A stretch of 64,000 nt of DNA from Candidatus Niyogibacteria bacterium. GTDB taxonomy: Bacteria > Patescibacteriota > Minisyncoccia > HO2-45-28. The DNA lies in NCBI GenBank assembly GCA_016181935.1, contig JACOYI010000003.1, positions 35,741 through 99,740 of the forward strand, read 5' to 3'. The notes under the pieces were generated by a model. That model was not told the DNA's origin and ran no database searches. It saw only the letters and a program-made list of their open reading frames with translations. The translations under genes and the position numbers were made by a program. Below are positions 29,838 to 37,926 of the stretch, piece by piece. Within the stretch, counting starts at the first letter, position 1, and every line of letters begins with the position of its first letter.

Positions 29838-32045
29838 CTATTCAAAATGCAGATTTTCGAATCGCGCGGCGAATGATTTGAGGCGCGGGTGGCGCCCGAG
29901 TTCGGGGTCGCGTTCCAAAAGCGCCCGCGCTTCGGCGCGCGCCGCTTCCACCATTTTGATATTTTTGAGCGCTTCCATGCCTGCGTCCGAAATGCCCCAT
30001 TGCCCCGAGCCGGAAAGTTCGCCTGCGCCGCGGAATTTGAGATCATACTCGGCAAGTTCGAATCCGTTTTTGGCTTCCACCAACGCCTGCAGACGCGTGA
30101 GCGTACGCGCCGTCGTGGAATCGGTGAAAACAAAACAATAGGGCTGATGCGTGCCGCGCAACACGCGGCCGCGCAATTGATGCAGTTGCGCGAGCCCGAA
30201 CCGGTCCGCGCCCTCGATCAGGATGAGGGTGGCGTTCGGCACATTCACGCCGACCTCGATGACCGAGGTGGCGATCAACACATGGATTTTCCCCGCGCGA
30301 AAATCGCGCATGACGCGTTCTTTTTCTTTTGGCAGCATTTTACCGTGGAGCATTTCCACATTAAATTCCGGAAAAACATCGCGCGAAAGTTTTTTATGCT
30401 CGGCTTTCACGGATTTCATTTCGAGCACCATTTCCGAGTCCGACCCGTCTCGCCCGACGCGAGTCGAGGCGGAGTTTTCCTCGATTCGCGGGCAGATGAT
30501 GTAGGCCTGCCGGCCCTTTTTGATCTCCGAGCGCATCTGTTCGTAGGCGCGGGCGCGTAGTGCGGGCGGTACGACGGTCGTGATGATCTTCTTGCGTCCC
30601 GCGGGCATTTCGTCAATGAGGGTGAGTTCGAGGTCGCCGTAGAGGGTGAGCGCGAGGGTACGCGGAATGGGGGTTGCGGTCATGCTCAAAAGATGAGGGA
30701 TGCCGAGCGCGGTTGCCGAAGCAAGGTGGGTCCGCCTCGGCGAGCCCTCGGCGAGACGGGCCCGCTGGGCGACGCCGAAGCGGTGCTGTTCATCAATGAC
30801 GGCAAGCGCGAGTTTCCTGAATTTCATCGAATCCTGTATCAACGCATGGGTGCCGATGATGATGGGAATTTCTCCGGAAGCCGCCCATTTCAAAAATTGC
30901 GCGCGGCTCGTGTGCGTATCCTTTGTGGGAAATGCCTTGGACGGGAAGCGACGGCATTCCGACGAGGTGATGAGCCCGACGGGGATACGGTACGGGGCGA
31001 AATGCGCGCAAAAGTCCTGATAGTGCTGGCGCGCGAGGATCTCGGTGGGCGCCATGTAGGCGATCTGGTGGCCGCTCTTGGCGCACGCATAAGCGGCGAT
31101 CGCGGCGACAATGGTTTTGCCCGAGCCGACATCGCCCTCGAGCAGGCGCGCCATGGGCAGGGGACGCGAAATATCCGTAAGAACCGCTTTGATCGCGGCT
31201 TTTTGGGCGTTGGTCAATGCGAAAGGGAGAGACGAAAGAAAGGGTTTGAACGCATCGGGCGCGATGCGGACCGGAGTGGCATGCGACCGGCTTCGCGCCA
31301 TTTTTATTTTCTGGCGGTCGAGCTGGATCAAAAAAATTTCCTCGAACGCGAAGCGTTTGCGCGCCGCAAGAGCGATCCGCGCGTCGGGCGCTTTGTGGAT
31401 GGCGTGGAGCGCGGTCTTTAAGCTCGGCAATTTGTAGCGCGCGAGGATGTCATGCGGGATAGGGTCATCGAATGCGCCTGCCTCGCCGGCAGGCAGGCCC
31501 GAAAATTTTTCCAAAAGTTTTCCGGCGGCATACGCGAGCCATTCGGAGGTCACGCCGCGCGATTCGGGATAGACCGGTGTGAGTGTTTTTTGTTCGGTCT
31601 CTTCCACGAATGAACCCGGTGCGCGATATTTAGGATTCGCAAGAAAAAGTCCGCGCTTTCCTTCGCCCACGCGCCCCGCAAACGAGTATTCAATTTCTGG
31701 CTTCAGGGTTTTGGCAATGTAGGGCTGGTTGAACCAGATGGCGCGGATTTTTCCGGTGCCATCATCAATGACGGTTTCGGCGAGTGCGATTTTGGTGCGG
31801 AATGTTTTTGTAATTTTCGCCGATACGACATGCCCCGTAATGACGGCGCGGTCGCCCGCGGCGAGGTCGCGGATGGCTTTGGGTTCGTGGAACGATTCGT
31901 AGCGCGCGGGAAAACGCCAGAGAATGTCGCGCGCGGTTTTGAGCCCTGCGTTCAGGAGCCGCTCCTTTTGCTTGGGCGTCAGGCGCAGATGGAGTTCCAG
32001 CGGGTCGTCGAGATGCATAGGATTAACGGTATCGCGTTCGCTCAA
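29838..32045 (-). CDS. recG: ATP-dependent DNA helicase RecG
   Basis: GDVGSGKT, DEQHRFGV, MTATPIPRTL, QLHQLRGRV, N-terminal OB wedge. Confidence 0.97.
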   Translation of the reverse strand: MSERDTVNPMHLDDPLELHLRLTPKQKERLLNAGLKTARDILWRFPARYESFHEPKAIRDLAAGDRAVITGHVVSAKITKTFRTKIALAETVIDDGTGKIRAIWFNQPYIAKTLKPEIEYSFAGRVGEGKRGLFLANPKYRAPGSFVEETEQKTLTPVYPESRGVTSEWLAYAAGKLLEKFSGLPAGEAGAFDDPIPHDILARYKLPSLKTALHAIHKAPDARIALAARKRFAFEEIFLIQLDRQKIKMARSRSHATPVRIAPDAFKPFLSSLPFALTNAQKAAIKAVLTDISRPLPMARLLEGDVGSGKTIVAAIAAYACAKSGHQIAYMAPTEILARQHYQDFCAHFAPYRIPVGLITSSECRRFPSKAFPTKDTHTSRAQFLKWAASGEIPIIIGTHALIQDSMKFRKLALAVIDEQHRFGVAQRARLAEGSPRRTHLASATALGIPHLLSMTATPIPRTLALTLYGDLELTLIDEMPAGRKKIITTVVPPALRARAYEQMRSEIKKGRQAYIICPRIEENSASTRVGRDGSDSEMVLEMKSVKAEHKKLSRDVFPEFNVEMLHGKMLPKEKERVMRDFRAGKIHVLIATSVIEVGVNVPNATLILIEGADRFGLAQLHQLRGRVLRGTHQPYCFVFTDSTTARTLTRLQALVEAKNGFELAEYDLKFRGAGELSGSGQWGISDAGMEALKNIKMVEAARAEARALLERDPELGRHPRLKSFAARFENLHFE

Positions 32046-32090
32046 TAAAAAAAGCCCCGCGCGTGTCGTGCGACACGGCGGGGCGTCGGT

Positions 32091-32489
32091 CTAGCGGGTC
32101 CATTCCTCGGGGAGGGGTTGGTCGAGCCTGAATACCAGCCCTTGGCGGGTCCTGGAATTGAAGACGACTTCCCACTGCCATTGGGTGAGAGCGGAAGCTG
32201 GGTAATCAAAGAGCGGTTCACTGGTCAGGAATCGGCCCAGGAATCGGATATTGCTTGGCTCGTCTTCTTGATGTCCCATCGCGACGGTCGTTCCTCGGAG
32301 CGCGACCTCGAAGGAAATTTTAAACTCGTTCCAGCGCCCGAGCCGCTGTTGGAATTCGCGTGTGGGAGCGAGCGTGAATTCCACGATGACTTTCTTGTGT
32401 TCTCGGTATGACCGGAGTTCCTCCTCGATAATGCGAGACAAGCCCGGAGCATTGGTGACACAGGAATAGGGCAGGCGTTCGGATGCCAT
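32091..32489 (-). CDS. Hypothetical protein
   Basis: AAGGAG RBS before ATG 32489, own promoter, terminator-like hairpin near 32047-32085. Confidence 0.65.
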   Translation of the reverse strand: MASERLPYSCVTNAPGLSRIIEEELRSYREHKKVIVEFTLAPTREFQQRLGRWNEFKISFEVALRGTTVAMGHQEDEPSNIRFLGRFLTSEPLFDYPASALTQWQWEVVFNSRTRQGLVFRLDQPLPEEWTR

Positions 32490-32609
32490 AACGGCTCCTT
32501 TTAATGTGCGGGTGCCTCTCGAGGCCGAGGCACGGCAAGCCCTTACAAAAGGCATAACGCCTTTTGCGACCCGTTCGTGAATGGAATGAACAGGAATTGA
32601 ACTATAAGT

Positions 32610-32638
32610 ATTATATACTATCTAGTGTAAAAAGTCAA
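32610..32638 (-). promoter_or_regulatory. Sigma70-type promoter
   Basis: TTGACT-17 nt-TATAAT on the minus strand. Confidence 0.7.
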
Positions 32639-32645
32639 GTTTTTG

Positions 32646-32717
32646 TGCCCCCATGAGGAATCGAACCTCAATTTCAGCCTCCGCAGGGCTGCGCTCTATC
32701 CGTTGAGCTATGGGGAC
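32646..32717 (-). tRNA. tRNA-Arg(GCG)
   Basis: GTCCCCA/TGGGGGC acceptor, CAGCC-CTGCGGA-GGCTG anticodon arm, TGAGG-TTCGATT-CCTCA. Confidence 0.95.
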
Positions 32718-32733
32718 AATAATAATGAAGAGC

Positions 32734-32764
32734 GGGACGGTCCTATCCGTTGAACGACGAGGGC
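32734..32764 (-). pseudogene. 5' fragment of a second tRNA-Arg-like gene
   Basis: Minus strand GCCCTCG-TC-GTTC-AACGGATA-GGAC; D-loop identical to the intact tRNA-Arg. Confidence 0.7.
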
Positions 32765-32769
32765 AACAG

Positions 32770-32919
32770 GAATTCCGAAATCCATTTTAGAAGCCCCACA
32801 GGCGTTTTGCACGGCGTTTTTTGGTTATAATTTCTGTGGAACCAAAAAACAAAGTGCCGAGGACGGAGCTTGAATCTCGCCGGAAATTCAAGCGTATTCT
32901 AAAAGGGATTTCGGGATTC
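32770..32919 (+). repeat. Structured repeat family X, copy 1
   Basis: Terminal inverted repeats plus CCACAGGCG, GCACGGCG, TATAAT and GCCGAGGAC motifs shared with 56363 and 63541. Confidence 0.8.
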
Positions 32920-32924
32920 GTGTT

Positions 32925-33524
32925 CTAGAAGCCGAGATATCGCCCGATGCCTTCGGCGAGCGATTCCTCGGTTTCCGTTTCTTTCAAGGTTTTTATCAAA
33001 ATGTTCCGTATCTCGATCGGATCGGCGTCGCCTAAGGGAATCGTAATGCGGGGCGAGGTCAATTTCTTGGAAATGATATCGAGCTCTTTGGTATGCGGCG
33101 GGTCGTAGCGGATCCAAAAGGATTCGAGCGATTCGTAGGAATGCAATTTTTCTCCGATCTGAACGCCGCGCGCCGTCACCGCGAATTTCACGATCTTGGG
33201 ACGCCGCGCTCCGTAAAGCGCGATCGTGAAGCCAGCCAAGACCGTTAAAATACCAAATAAAAGGTTTCGAATCAAGGCGGCGACAATAACAAGCGCCGCA
33301 ACGATGATGCCGACGGCCCAGTACCATTCGCGGGATTTGGGAACGAAATCGTATTCGGGCGCCGACCAGCTGACGAGCGGCGTTTTAATGTCCGGTTTCG
33401 GTTCGGGCGTTGCGGCGATTGGCGGCAGTCCGCCAGCTGGCGGAGGCTGCGGTTCCGGCAGTTTTTCTGCGGGCGCTTGTTGTCCGGCATCCGGTTCTTT
33501 GCGGCGGACCATATCCATATCCAT
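32925..33524 (-). CDS. Hypothetical membrane protein
   Basis: Pro-rich N-terminus, WSAPEY, two TM helices, soluble C-terminal domain. Confidence 0.8.
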   Translation of the reverse strand: MDMDMVRRKEPDAGQQAPAEKLPEPQPPPAGGLPPIAATPEPKPDIKTPLVSWSAPEYDFVPKSREWYWAVGIIVAALVIVAALIRNLLFGILTVLAGFTIALYGARRPKIVKFAVTARGVQIGEKLHSYESLESFWIRYDPPHTKELDIISKKLTSPRITIPLGDADPIEIRNILIKTLKETETEESLAEGIGRYLGF

Positions 33525-33601
33525 TTCTTTATTGTCGCGGTTTCGCCTCAAAATGAAAAGCCGTCCTGCTTTGAGTAGGACGGCCTCGCTATTTTGAACC
33601 T

Positions 33602-33802
33602 TTATTTTTTGAAACGCTCCGGCAGAATTCTGCCGAAAATTTTTTTGATTTTCATCCGGAGCCAGCGCGCATAGACGAAGTAGCCGGCAAGGATGGCAAT
33701 GCCCCACACGAGGAACGGAATGCCGGGCACCAGTGGCAGGATAAGTCCCGCAATCCCCAAAAGAACAAGAACTCCGCCGAGCGCGATCCAGAAGAGCCTC
33801 AT
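33602..33802 (-). CDS. Small membrane protein, PGPGW/DUF454-like
   Basis: LGIAGLILPLVPGIPF pattern. Confidence 0.7.
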   Translation of the reverse strand: MRLFWIALGGVLVLLGIAGLILPLVPGIPFLVWGIAILAGYFVYARWLRMKIKKIFGRILPERFKK

Positions 33803-33833
33803 CGGAAATCTCCGTATCTGCGGCGCGGCATCG

Positions 33834-34007
33834 CTAGATGCCGAAATATTTCATCAGCGCTCCGACGCCGGCAATGGCGAGACCGCCGGCGATTTTGATT
33901 ATCGGCTTTTTCCAATCCCTGTCGTCTTCGCTGTCGCCGAAAGTCATGACATCAAAAGCGCCGAAGAGAACGGCTATGCCGCCAATGAACATCACGAGAT
34001 GTCCCAT
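33834..34007 (-). CDS. Small two-TM protein (57 aa, below the ORF-track cutoff)
   Basis: GGAGGG RBS; MGHLVMFIGGIAVLFGAF...IAGGLAIAGVGALMKYFGI. Confidence 0.6.
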   Translation of the reverse strand: MGHLVMFIGGIAVLFGAFDVMTFGDSEDDRDWKKPIIKIAGGLAIAGVGALMKYFGI

Positions 34008-34139
34008 TTTTCAACCCTCCGTGTTTGGGATGTATGGTCTAGATATTCAATAGCATTTCCATAAATCTTGTCAACCCCGCAGTAGAAAGCGGCGTAGCGC
34101 GCGCATGCCGGACGTCGCTTTTCACTACGGGGTCAACAT

Positions 34140-34161
34140 AAAAACTCCGCCAAGGGCGGAG
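34140..34161 (-). terminator. Intrinsic terminator, probably the displaced tRNA-Ser terminator
   Basis: Minus strand CTCCGCC-CTT-GGCGGAG-TTTTT, 11 nt beyond the att core. Confidence 0.7.
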
Positions 34162-34172
34162 CCATTTTTCAA

Positions 34173-35311
34173 CTGGCGGTGTATTTTAAAAATAGCTCGA
34201 ACGGAATTCGCTCCTCGCCGCGCACACTGATAATTTCAAGTTTTTCTTTGGCGGAATAAATTCAGAATTCGCGAAGCGAATACCAAATGTATTTTATGAA
34301 AAATTTCAAAATAAATCAAAAAGAAGAAACCTGCCAGAGCTCCGGGAGGAGATGGCAGGTCAGTTTAGTTGAACGACACCAGAGGATTGAGAGTGAAGTA
34401 CTCCTCGCGCCCGTGGACGCCAGACGACACGATCCGCAAGAACTGCCGATTGAAGTCTTGCTGCACCGGCAAGCTCTCGTGAGGAGTCAGGATGCCGATC
34501 TCGTGGACTTCGCCGGCTTTCAGGAAGCTCGCGCGATCGAATGGATAGTCCGCCGCAGCGTGGCCGATGTCGCCGTCGAGCGACGTGTCCTCGTGTTCGG
34601 CGTCCCACACAGCGCAACTGTCGTCGAGGTTGTTGGCGAGCAGGATCCTGACATCACGGTCGAGGGTGACGCGGTGTCTTGGCTTCGGCTTCGGTTTTGG
34701 GCGTGGGCCTAGGCTAGGACGTGGTACGCCCCATCCTCCTCCACCTCCCCAACAGTAGATTTGACCCGGAACTCTTCCCACTTCTGTGTGCAATGCGCGG
34801 CCATATTTTGCCCGCTGTCCGCGGTGAGGAGTCCCTGCGACGGCGACAGATTCATCGATCGTCAGGAAGCCAATGTCGCCTTTTTTCAGAAACACCAAAT
34901 CCACGATGTCCCTGTAAGGCGCATAGATGTCGGGAATCGACGCCGAATCGCCTTGGATGTAAGGCATCATCAGGCACCGAATACCCGAGAATTGAGGGAA
35001 CTCCACTGTCCGTCCTGTGTGTGTGTTCATTGTCCAACCCTCCTTTCAAGGTACGATTACTATCTCAGCACATTGCCAAGGTTTAGCTCCATTTTACTAG
35101 ATTATGCATAAAAGTCAATAGTCGGCAAACTTGCCGACTATTGAGAAAAATCTTATGAAAAAATTTCTTTTGCCCTTACAAAATATGGTTCGAGTCGATT
35201 TGTTTTCAGGTTCTTTGGCAGTTTGGAGTGTGCGCGGCGGAGCCGCTCATTTTTGCCCCGCCACACCCGAGCCGCGCTTTGCGCGGCGAGGAGCGAATTC
35301 CTTTCTGGCGG
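34173..35311. mobile_element. Non-autonomous 1.1-kb element integrated at the tRNA-Ser(UGA) 3' end
   Basis: Direct repeat CTGGCGG at 34173 and 35305; perfect 22-bp inverted repeat at 34203-34224 and 35280-35301. Confidence 0.7.
34365..35030 (-). CDS. Putative 2OG-Fe(II) dioxygenase-fold protein
   Basis: LTIDES, HTE, TPHESLP and RQFLR give an HxE...H...R pattern; GGAGGG RBS. Confidence 0.6.
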   Translation of the reverse strand: MNTHTGRTVEFPQFSGIRCLMMPYIQGDSASIPDIYAPYRDIVDLVFLKKGDIGFLTIDESVAVAGTPHRGQRAKYGRALHTEVGRVPGQIYCWGGGGGWGVPRPSLGPRPKPKPKPRHRVTLDRDVRILLANNLDDSCAVWDAEHEDTSLDGDIGHAAADYPFDRASFLKAGEVHEIGILTPHESLPVQQDFNRQFLRIVSSGVHGREEYFTLNPLVSFN

Positions 35312-35589
35312 AGGCGGTAGGATTCGAACCTACGAAGCCCTTGCGGACTTAGCAGTTTTCAAGACTGCCCCCATTCTTTCGCTTTTACGCGAAAGCCGGG
35401 GTTGCTTTTTATTTTATCGACGCGGCGGAGGCGGTAGGATTCGAACCTACGAGGCCATTGCTGACCTAACGGTTTTCAAGACCGTCCCATTCAACCGCTC
35501 TGGCACGCCTCCGCCTCGCCGACAAATCAATGTAAAGCAACCCGTCGAATCTGAAGCAGTTCAGATTCGACCCACTCTGGCACGCCTCC
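35306..35589 (-). tRNA. Outer tRNA-Ser(UGA), interrupted in the D-loop by an insertion of about 195 nt; function unknown
   Basis: 5' piece GGAGGCGTGCCAGAGTGG (35589-35572); 3' piece GAATGG...GCAGT-CTTGAAA-ACTGC...CGCCTCCGCCA (35376-35306); acceptor stem pairs 7/7. Confidence 0.75.
35426..35512 (-). tRNA. tRNA-Ser(UGA), intact, nested within the outer gene
   Basis: GGAGGCG/CGCCTCC, ACGGT-CTTGAAA-ACCGT, long variable arm, G discriminator. Confidence 0.96.
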
Positions 35590-35592
35590 GTA

Positions 35593-35838
35593 TCATTTGA
35601 TCAGATTTTCGAGATTAGGCAGGGCTTTGAGGCCGCTCCCGTAAATCGTGTAGAGCGTACCAAGATACGGCTGGATTTGCAAATAACCAAAAACGGTAAG
35701 GCCGATGATGGCGGTCCATTTGACGGCGACGACGACCCGCTGCCAGACAAACACGCGGTGCATTTTTTGCACGAGCTCGAGCGTTTTGCGGGTCGCTTCG
35801 AGGTTTTTTTCAAGAAGAAGTTTGAGCTCGGGGTCCAT
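35593..35838 (-). CDS. Small single-TM hypothetical protein
   Basis: MDPELKLLLEKNL coiled N-terminus then a hydrophobic helix. Confidence 0.7.
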   Translation of the reverse strand: MDPELKLLLEKNLEATRKTLELVQKMHRVFVWQRVVVAVKWTAIIGLTVFGYLQIQPYLGTLYTIYGSGLKALPNLENLIK

Positions 35839-35891
35839 GGATCCAGTATAATTGAAAAACCGGCAAAAATAGAGTACAATAAAGCGGGCTT

Positions 35892-35909
35892 GGAGAGGTG
35901 GCTGAGTGG
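35892..35909 (+). pseudogene. 5' piece of an outer tRNA-Ser, interrupted after the D-loop GG
   Basis: GGAGAGG-TG-GCTGAGTGG, preceded by TACAAT and followed by a 12-bp hairpin as at the first Ser locus. Confidence 0.75.
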
Positions 35910-35964
35910 GTTTAATGTGCTCATAAGCACATTAAACGGGCGCTCAAAGCATTGAACCCATAGC

Positions 35965-36051
35965 GGAGGCGTGGCTGAGCGGTTGAAAGCGGCGCCGTGC
36001 TAAGGCGTTAAGGGGGAAACTCCTTCAGAGGTTCGAATCCTCTCGCCTCCG
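35965..36051 (+). tRNA. tRNA-Ser(GCU), intact, nested
   Basis: GGAGGCG/CGCCTCC, GCGCC-GTGCTAA-GGCGT, variable arm, AGAGG-TTCGAAT-CCTCT. Confidence 0.95.
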
Positions 36052-37893
36052 CTATGGGTTTTTAATACGCGCCCTGGGTTTTCGCCAAGATGCCGCCGAT
36101 GCTCGCAATGCGAGCTTTGGCGGGACAAGCCGTGCTAAGGCGTTAAGGGGGAAACTCCAGAGGTTCGAATCCTCTCGCCTCCGCAATCTTGGAATGTCTG
36201 CCTCGAAAGGCAGGCATTTCCGTTTATTCACGCGATATTTTTTAGGTTCGATTGCTATTGTGGTTGAAGGAAAACGATTTGCGATCATCGAATAAAAATC
36301 GAGCGGTTTTTTCAAGGAAATACTCAACTTTTCGTCTTTTAGGGTTAGGTTCGATTCAGAAAGCGACATAAAGACCGCCCGCTTCTGTTCCGGCGCGCCA
36401 TTTTCAAACCACATCCGTGCTGCAACGGCAAAATTGAAGGAGTTCTCCGCCCAATCGATCCATTCCTCAATCTTGCGACCGGTGTCTTGTTGGGCTTCTT
36501 CGAGTTGCTTCTTTTGAGCCAAAAGGGTTTTGCGTTGCGGCTCGTATTCCTCGAGCGTTAGGAGTTCGCCGCTGGCGTTTTTCGGCGATGTATAGAGTTG
36601 CGTCAAATTCTGTAATTCGGCAACAACGTCTTTATAGCGCTTCTGTTGGGAGTCGATGACCGCGTTTTGGTTTTTAACGGTCTCAACATTGTCTTTCGAT
36701 AGTTCCTCAAGCGCCCACTGGCTGAACTCTTGGGAAAGTTTGAATCCTTTGATCTCATTGTCAATGAGTTTCTCCAAAACTTCGGCGCGCATGAATTTCT
36801 GGGTGCACTTCTTATTCTTCTGCTTGGTGCAATGGTAATAAACGTAGTGGAGGATTGTCGGCTTTTTCATTTCTTCAATCCTCGTTTTGCATTGGGGACA
36901 AGCATCTTTGCTCTTGTAAGCAAATTTATATTTACACTTCGTGCAAATGAGTTGATGTTTTTCTTCTGCGGTTACCATCCCGCCGCACTCGCCGCATTCA
37001 ATCTTCCCCGTGTAGGAAAAATGGTGGTTGGTGTGCGATCTTGGCTTTCCTTTCCTGCCGAGCTTCACTTGGATACGGTCAAAGTCATCCTCGGTAATCA
37101 TGGGTGTATGCGCGCCTTTGACGAGATCGCGCTCACCTGTTTCTTCGTTCTTTACTCCAAAGTAGCCGTAGTAAAACGGCTCGGTGAGAATTTTATAAAT
37201 TGCGGAGATGGGAAGATGCCGACCGCCCTGCCGTTTTGTTTGCCGTGTTTTTAAACCCCATTTTACTATTTCTTTTTGAATCCTGCGTACTGAATATTCT
37301 TCGCTCAAGAAAAGTTGGAAGAGACGCTGCACGAGAGGGAAACGTTCGGGGTCAGAGATAATATTTCGTTCACCCTTTGGTTTATCAAGATTGTTGAGAT
37401 ATCCGATGGGTGCGATGCCGTTCCTCCATCCCTGAAGGACTTTTGTCCGGTGTCCACGTTTTACGCTTGCGATCATGTCATCGGAATACTTTTTTGCCAT
37501 GCCGAATTCTATTTGCAGGATGAACTTATCATCAGACGAATTGTAATAAGTTTTGAAAGGCGTGCGCACTTCATCAATGTGTCCTTCGTCCATCAAGGTG
37601 ATTACCCAGCCACCGTCTAAGGCGTTGCGGGCAATGCGGTTCGGCTGCCAGACAAGGAAGGCATTTATTTTGCCCTCCTCCATCATGCTCATGAGTTGAG
37701 CAAACACCGGCCTTCCCCGTTTGTGGGCGGATTTTTCCTCTCGGTAAGTGCCGAGGACTCTGAGGTTGTGTTTCTTTGCGTACTCCTTTAGTTCGCGCTC
37801 CTGCGAATCAATCGAAAGCACCTGCTTATCCTTGTCCTCGGTGGACTTCCGGCAGTAGATGACGTATTTAAGTTTCTCGTTTTGGGTTGTCAT
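36052..37893 (-). CDS. Large serine recombinase (resolvase, recombinase and zinc-ribbon domains)
   Basis: YCRKSTE catalytic motif, RPVF, NRIARN, APIGY, CGECG, coiled coil; C-terminus reads antisense through tRNA sequence. Confidence 0.95.
   Translation of the reverse strand: MTTQNEKLKYVIYCRKSTEDKDKQVLSIDSQERELKEYAKKHNLRVLGTYREEKSAHKRGRPVFAQLMSMMEEGKINAFLVWQPNRIARNALDGGWVITLMDEGHIDEVRTPFKTYYNSSDDKFILQIEFGMAKKYSDDMIASVKRGHRTKVLQGWRNGIAPIGYLNNLDKPKGERNIISDPERFPLVQRLFQLFLSEEYSVRRIQKEIVKWGLKTRQTKRQGGRHLPISAIYKILTEPFYYGYFGVKNEETGERDLVKGAHTPMITEDDFDRIQVKLGRKGKPRSHTNHHFSYTGKIECGECGGMVTAEEKHQLICTKCKYKFAYKSKDACPQCKTRIEEMKKPTILHYVYYHCTKQKNKKCTQKFMRAEVLEKLIDNEIKGFKLSQEFSQWALEELSKDNVETVKNQNAVIDSQQKRYKDVVAELQNLTQLYTSPKNASGELLTLEEYEPQRKTLLAQKKQLEEAQQDTGRKIEEWIDWAENSFNFAVAARMWFENGAPEQKRAVFMSLSESNLTLKDEKLSISLKKPLDFYSMIANRFPSTTIAIEPKKYRVNKRKCLPFEADIPRLRRREDSNLWSFPLNALARLVPPKLALRASAASWRKPRARIKNP
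36129..36183 (+). pseudogene. Duplicated 3' half of tRNA-Ser(GCU)
   Basis: Near-identical to 35994-36051 with a 3-nt deletion in the variable arm. Confidence 0.85.
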
Positions 37894-37926
37894 TTTGTGT
37901 ACACCAACATTATGGCCGAACTTTGG

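Noticed and set aside
32490-32600. Riboswitch in the hairpin-rich leader of the 32091-32489 gene
   Set aside because: Two hairpins are visible, but I could not match the conserved core of any known riboswitch; it needs an Rfam scan.
32855-32876. Apparent tRNA-Leu 3' fragment (TTCAAGCTCCGTCCTCGGCA on the minus strand)
   Set aside because: It is the GCCGAGGAC motif and hairpin of repeat family X, present in the same context near 63635.
35426-35512. tRNA with TGA read as a suppressor or selenocysteine tRNA
   Set aside because: Anticodon UGA reads the Ser codon UCA; a UGA-stop reader would need anticodon UCA.
35377-35571. Group I or group II intron explanation for the D-loop insertion
   Set aside because: Only about 108 nt remain besides the nested tRNA, too little for a catalytic core; I saw no P7 or domain V motifs and no clear bulge-helix-bulge.
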